NCBI GenBank assembly: GCA_001687465.1
Contig: LVLI01000359.1
Location: 1-64,000, forward strand
From: Halocafeteria seosinensis
Taxonomy: Eukaryota
Direction of reading: 5' to 3'
DNA length: 64,000 nt
The notes beneath the pieces are model-generated. The model made no database searches and was not told where the DNA came from. It worked only from the letters and a program-made list of their open reading frames with translations. Positions 59,826-64,000 of this stretch are shown here, piece after piece; position 1 is the first letter of the stretch; every line of letters begins with the position of its first letter. A program made the position numbers and the translations under genes.

Positions 59826-62800
59826 TTATTGGATTTCGTAACCATTCCCTTGCGGAATCGCTAGTAGGACGCTTAACAAGCTCTCCAAAGTTTCCCTATC
59901 GGGGTCGTCTGCACTGATGAACTTGGAATATCGTTCCTTCACTTCATCGTTTTTACATGGTTCCCCTTCGGCCATTGGAACCTTTCCATCTTCCGCCGTA
60001 GCCGCAATAATACCGTATATTCGTATCATTTCCTTTAATAGCAAGTGCTGTGTACCAGATCGAAGAACGTGTGCGACATCGTAGAATGTCTCAAACGGGT
60101 CCTCGATTCCAAACGTTGGCTTCCGCGCCCATCCTTCGACGTCGGCTTTCCATTCTTTACGAACCTCAGCTCTCCAGCCAAAACGATTAGTAAAGCAAAA
60201 ATCATACCGAGCAAGAACTTCAGGATCGAGTGTATCGCTACTTACGTCATTACCTTTCTTCCCACCATTCTTCGTAATGTCTCTGGGTACCGGTGGGGTC
60301 GGACGGATACTAGCCACATGACGCCGACTGTCAAACTCGAACGAATAATGCCATAGAAATTCGAGTAACAACTCCCCTATCGACGTTTTGTTACGCTCAC
60401 ATAAGCTCCGGATTTGTTTGGTTTTAGCGTTGTTATGGTAGAAGTACCCATCAACAACTTTGCCGTCTGCGTTTGAAAGCGGATACACCGGTGCAGGTTG
60501 ATTGGTATCTCCGCCTTGGTTCTTCAGCCGGTACACAGGCACTCCAGGGAGGATGTCCACCGGGTTAGTTGAAACACGGCCAATTGATTTGCCAGACCAA
60601 GTCTTTGGCATAGCTTGCAAGCACGGAATCGGCGGTGGTTGTAGCTTTTGCAGGAAGGAGAGTAGCAAGAGGATCCAGCCATAAGTGGAAAGGGTTGCTT
60701 TAGAAGCATCATTCATCCCGCGATGAGACGCCAGAGCTTTGATCGCAAATACGAGCGGTCGAACCCGCTCATCGCAGTCACCGTAAGATTTCAACAGTGC
60801 AGTGTTTTGCGTTGCTAGCGGATTATAAGCACACAGGTCACAGTGAAGATTTGATGCAGGATCAACAAACGACACAATGGGAACACGAGCTGTTGCACGC
60901 GTAGACACGGATTCCATTCCGTTTTCTTCCAAGCACGCAGCCACTTCTGTTACTAGTTCTTCCGGATCAACGATTTTATTGAACGTTTCTTCCAATCGGA
61001 GTCCCAGGCTATCACTAGCACCGTCAAAGTCAGGAATCAACCTCGTCCTGCGCTTTATCGTCTTCCGCTGAAGGACAGTTCGGGTGAGAGCCATATCAAC
61101 ATCAGAGTTGTTAGATCCGAAACCGTTGCCACTACTGCCAAATATGTCGAGCGCCAAATCAAGTTTTCCCTCTTTAAATACTGGCAGCTTCCGTAACATG
61201 TCCTTCAAGCGACTCTTTAGTAGCGAATGCTTTTGTTCTGCCTCTTCAGAGGAGCGATTACCCAAGAACAATATATTAACAATTTTGGTACACAGCTCGG
61301 ACGCTTTGTGAGGAAGCTTTTCTGGGGGCACCAAAGTGGAGGGCTTAATCAACTCGGTTATTCGAGGGCTGTCAAACGTCAGAGAAGAACTTGCAATATC
61401 AGGAAGCTCCTGCTTTGAAATACGGCCACTCGTTAGCGCGATGTGCCCGTTAATGATATTGGCCGCGCGCGTCGCCAGCAATGTAGATATTTGACTATCG
61501 GAGTGATCCGATACCACATCAATCAAGCTTTCAGTTAGGAAACAGTACGCCGCATTCCATCTTGCCAGCGTTTTCTGCTGAGAAGAAGTCAGCAACAGCC
61601 ATATGGGTCTATTGTTCAACACATCATCCATAACACACTTGGTGGAAACATGAAGAGCAATCTTCTCCTTTGGAGCCCAAAACAAAGGCTCGTATCCTAA
61701 TCGCGAACAAAATTGCACCAGAGACTCTTCCGATTCATCCGTTTCATCAGCACTTCCCTTAAGCTGACGCGCAAGCTCAAGGAATTTCGATTGGGCAGAG
61801 CTAACACAGTCCAATAACGACCCAATGAACGTGGCCAATTTGTATAACGATGACATACAGTTCCAGAGAGCCTCACCAATTTCCTTGTCTTTTGCCTTCG
61901 ACTTCTCATTATCCTCGGCTGAACGAGATAAATATGCCGACATAGCCTGGGATAGCAGACCTCTGATGGACGTGGCTGCTTGGACCGCCCTAGTAATCGA
62001 GCGCCTTGAGATTACGGGGATCTCTAGTTTGTCATCAGCCCTTAAAACGTTCCATTCTTTAGAGGAGGGAACCGAGCATTCTTTGACGAGGCATGTCTCT
62101 TCTTGTAACGCTGCACTCATATTCGAAATGATGTTTCCGGTGTCTTCCTCCGAAATAGCCTTCTGCTTCTGATTCACAGCGTCAATTAACGACGTCGCAG
62201 CGTCAACATCGAACAAGTCAAGAATTTCATCTACTCGTTCCTTATGGTGAATCAAAGACTCCAACAGATCTTCGCCACTAACTGTTACTCTACAGGGGCC
62301 TACAGAAGCCAACACGTTTGGTCCAAAATCGTCGTCGTCGTTGTTTCTTGGGGCAGTGTTATCGTTCTTCTTCGCAATGGCTTCATCAAAAAGACGGAAT
62401 TCATAGCAGCCGAACTTCTTTGGCATATAAAATTTGACGAAACAGTTTGGAGGAATATTACCATCCTTGTCAGGACGAAGTCTTTGATTTTTCATCGTTA
62501 TGTACTCATGAGCGTCTCTGGTTCCCACTCGATAAAGTCCAACGTACAGAATTTTCTTTGGTGGACAGGGACCAGACAAGAATACTTTTATGTAGTCATG
62601 AGGTCCAGTCACGAGGGGAGAGATTCTAAGTTTGTGGATCTTCGATTTACCAACCCCGTTCTCCTCTTGAGCAGCGTGGTTTTTCTTCGGGTTCTGTTTA
62701 TTCCGGGAGCCACCAGTCGAGTTGGAGGCCGTATCATTGTCATTTCCAGCCGGTTTATTGTCTCCACTGCTTTCCCTCCCACGCCCACCTCTTCCCTTTG

Positions 62801-63941
62801 GCTGCCGTTCCAAGTTCTGGTTTGGATTTTTCCGTTGCTTTCCACCTCGTGACGTCGAGTTACTAGGAGCTTTGCAGGCAGCATGCGTCTTTGGAGTAGA
62901 GTCAGTAACCTTAGGCTCATAAGAGGATTCTTGTCGAGGTTCAGAGAGCAGTGGAGCTACTGGGGCTTGTCCAGCTGCCGAGGGGGGCTCACTGCCGTAG
63001 TTCGAATGCTGTGGGTGAGTCGACTGAAATGAGCTAGGCCAGCCGGCGTGCCCTTGGTTCGACCAAGTGTTCTCTTCATGAAACCCATTTTGGCCTTGTA
63101 AAAACTCTCCATGTGTACGTTCCTGATCATCGGGGCCACGTTGAGAAGCCGTCCTCAGACTATGCGCCCCACTAGTCCTATTGTCAACCGCCGTCTCATG
63201 TCCTCCACCAGCATCCGGACTGTTTAACCCTGCCGTAGACAGCAACATTTCCAAATTATCCAGTATGTCGTTAGGCTGACTGCCAACTCCCTGTGAAGGG
63301 TTTTGGGCGATCCTTAATCCGGGTAGAGTACCGTCTCCACCAGGCTGAGTCGCAGGGCCATAACCCTGATAGACTGCAGGATGCCAATGCTGTGGATACC
63401 CAGCGTAGCTGGTACTCTGCGAGTTGGACGGCCACTGCTGCGATCCTTCATATCCCCAAGGTTGCGAGGGTATCGCATTTGTAGCTTGATTATACGGATG
63501 GGGGTAATACCCCGCTGTCTGAGGTTGCTGGAAGGGCATTCCTTGAGGAGGATATTGCTGAAACCCCTGTCCTGAGGGCGGCGCTTGGTGGTGTAGTGGC
63601 TGGNGCGCAGCCATGCCTCCACTTTGCCCGAAAACTTGTTGCTGCGCTGGAAGAGGATGTTGTTGCCGCCCTTGGCCAGGAAGTGGTGGGGTTCCTGCAC
63701 TCAAGCCCAGTCCTGCAGAAGGAACACGGCCTCCATCTGCAACAGGTGCTGCTCCTCCTACTCCTTGAGGCGGTGGTGGCTGGTGCATATCGTAATTCGC
63801 AGGCACCATCGGAGGGTATACATGCCCAGAAGGCATCTGAGGAGGGGGAAAGTGGTGATGATGTGGTGGCTGGCTTCCTCTATTGTCTGCACTTTCCTGG
63901 CCTCCTGGAGGAGGCTGGTGCTGTTGTTGATAAGGGTCCAT
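59826..63941 (-). CDS. Cid1/URT1/TUT4-7-family terminal nucleotidyltransferase with long Q/P/G-rich N-terminus and SKICH-like Ig domain
   Basis: Single 1371-aa ORF. IFGSSGNGFGSNNSDVDM, ARVPIV, HCDLC, NTALLKSY..RVRPLVFAIK, NDASKATLSTYGWILL, SIGELLLEFLWHY, IEDPFETFYDVAH. One N at 63604. Confidence 0.92.
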   Translation of the reverse strand: MDPYQQQHQPPPGGQESADNRGSQPPHHHHFPPPQMPSGHVYPPMVPANYDMHQPPPPQGVGGAAPVADGGRVPSAGLGLSAGTPPLPGQGRQQHPLPAQQQVFGQSGGMAAXQPLHHQAPPSGQGFQQYPPQGMPFQQPQTAGYYPHPYNQATNAIPSQPWGYEGSQQWPSNSQSTSYAGYPQHWHPAVYQGYGPATQPGGDGTLPGLRIAQNPSQGVGSQPNDILDNLEMLLSTAGLNSPDAGGGHETAVDNRTSGAHSLRTASQRGPDDQERTHGEFLQGQNGFHEENTWSNQGHAGWPSSFQSTHPQHSNYGSEPPSAAGQAPVAPLLSEPRQESSYEPKVTDSTPKTHAACKAPSNSTSRGGKQRKNPNQNLERQPKGRGGRGRESSGDNKPAGNDNDTASNSTGGSRNKQNPKKNHAAQEENGVGKSKIHKLRISPLVTGPHDYIKVFLSGPCPPKKILYVGLYRVGTRDAHEYITMKNQRLRPDKDGNIPPNCFVKFYMPKKFGCYEFRLFDEAIAKKNDNTAPRNNDDDDFGPNVLASVGPCRVTVSGEDLLESLIHHKERVDEILDLFDVDAATSLIDAVNQKQKAISEEDTGNIISNMSAALQEETCLVKECSVPSSKEWNVLRADDKLEIPVISRRSITRAVQAATSIRGLLSQAMSAYLSRSAEDNEKSKAKDKEIGEALWNCMSSLYKLATFIGSLLDCVSSAQSKFLELARQLKGSADETDESEESLVQFCSRLGYEPLFWAPKEKIALHVSTKCVMDDVLNNRPIWLLLTSSQQKTLARWNAAYCFLTESLIDVVSDHSDSQISTLLATRAANIINGHIALTSGRISKQELPDIASSSLTFDSPRITELIKPSTLVPPEKLPHKASELCTKIVNILFLGNRSSEEAEQKHSLLKSRLKDMLRKLPVFKEGKLDLALDIFGSSGNGFGSNNSDVDMALTRTVLQRKTIKRRTRLIPDFDGASDSLGLRLEETFNKIVDPEELVTEVAACLEENGMESVSTRATARVPIVSFVDPASNLHCDLCAYNPLATQNTALLKSYGDCDERVRPLVFAIKALASHRGMNDASKATLSTYGWILLLLSFLQKLQPPPIPCLQAMPKTWSGKSIGRVSTNPVDILPGVPVYRLKNQGGDTNQPAPVYPLSNADGKVVDGYFYHNNAKTKQIRSLCERNKTSIGELLLEFLWHYSFEFDSRRHVASIRPTPPVPRDITKNGGKKGNDVSSDTLDPEVLARYDFCFTNRFGWRAEVRKEWKADVEGWARKPTFGIEDPFETFYDVAHVLRSGTQHLLLKEMIRIYGIIAATAEDGKVPMAEGEPCKNDEVKERYSKFISADDPDRETLESLLSVLLAIPQGNGYEIQ

Positions 63942-64000
63942 TTCGGGACGGTAAAGAACTCGTTCTCCTCTGTCTGAAAGTAACCCTTTACAATTGTGAG

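Overview
Gene-dense, compact eukaryotic nuclear DNA (roughly 47-50% GC by eye, GT-AG introns mostly 55-80 nt, some convergent genes only 3-9 nt apart). Gene content (Crinkler-type effector, oomycete-like GH43 giant protein, non-canonical P2 tail) suggests a stramenopile protist; this is inference and the species cannot be determined here. About 20 protein-coding genes are supported: CRN-type NTPase-REase (5'-truncated), ZNFX1-like helicase/RZ-finger E3, PQQ-like propeller membrane protein, DHX15/Prp43, a disordered hypothetical protein, CD2BP2, a CX9C protein, an FN3-propeller membrane protein, CSN3, SMYD, a two-domain cytidine deaminase, a USP24/34-like DUB, a helical-repeat/Smr protein, an ATRIP-like protein, a UBE2Z-like E2, RAD51, a LYR protein, a split-GH43 secreted protein, RPLP2 and a Cid1-family nucleotidyltransferase. 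The most notable region is the first 8.7 kb, where a CRN toxin-like gene and a ZNFX1-like gene converge on a ~31% GC island of decayed, virus-like small ORFs (candidate endogenous virophage/Polinton-like relic in a possible conflict/defence locus). Other highlights: a recognisable ATRIP coiled coil near RAD51, catalytic-motif variants in ZNFX1, the deaminase and the TUTase, and a few unusually long, structured 5'-proximal introns. No tRNA, rRNA or CRISPR array was found. All gene models are hand-spliced predictions without transcript evidence.
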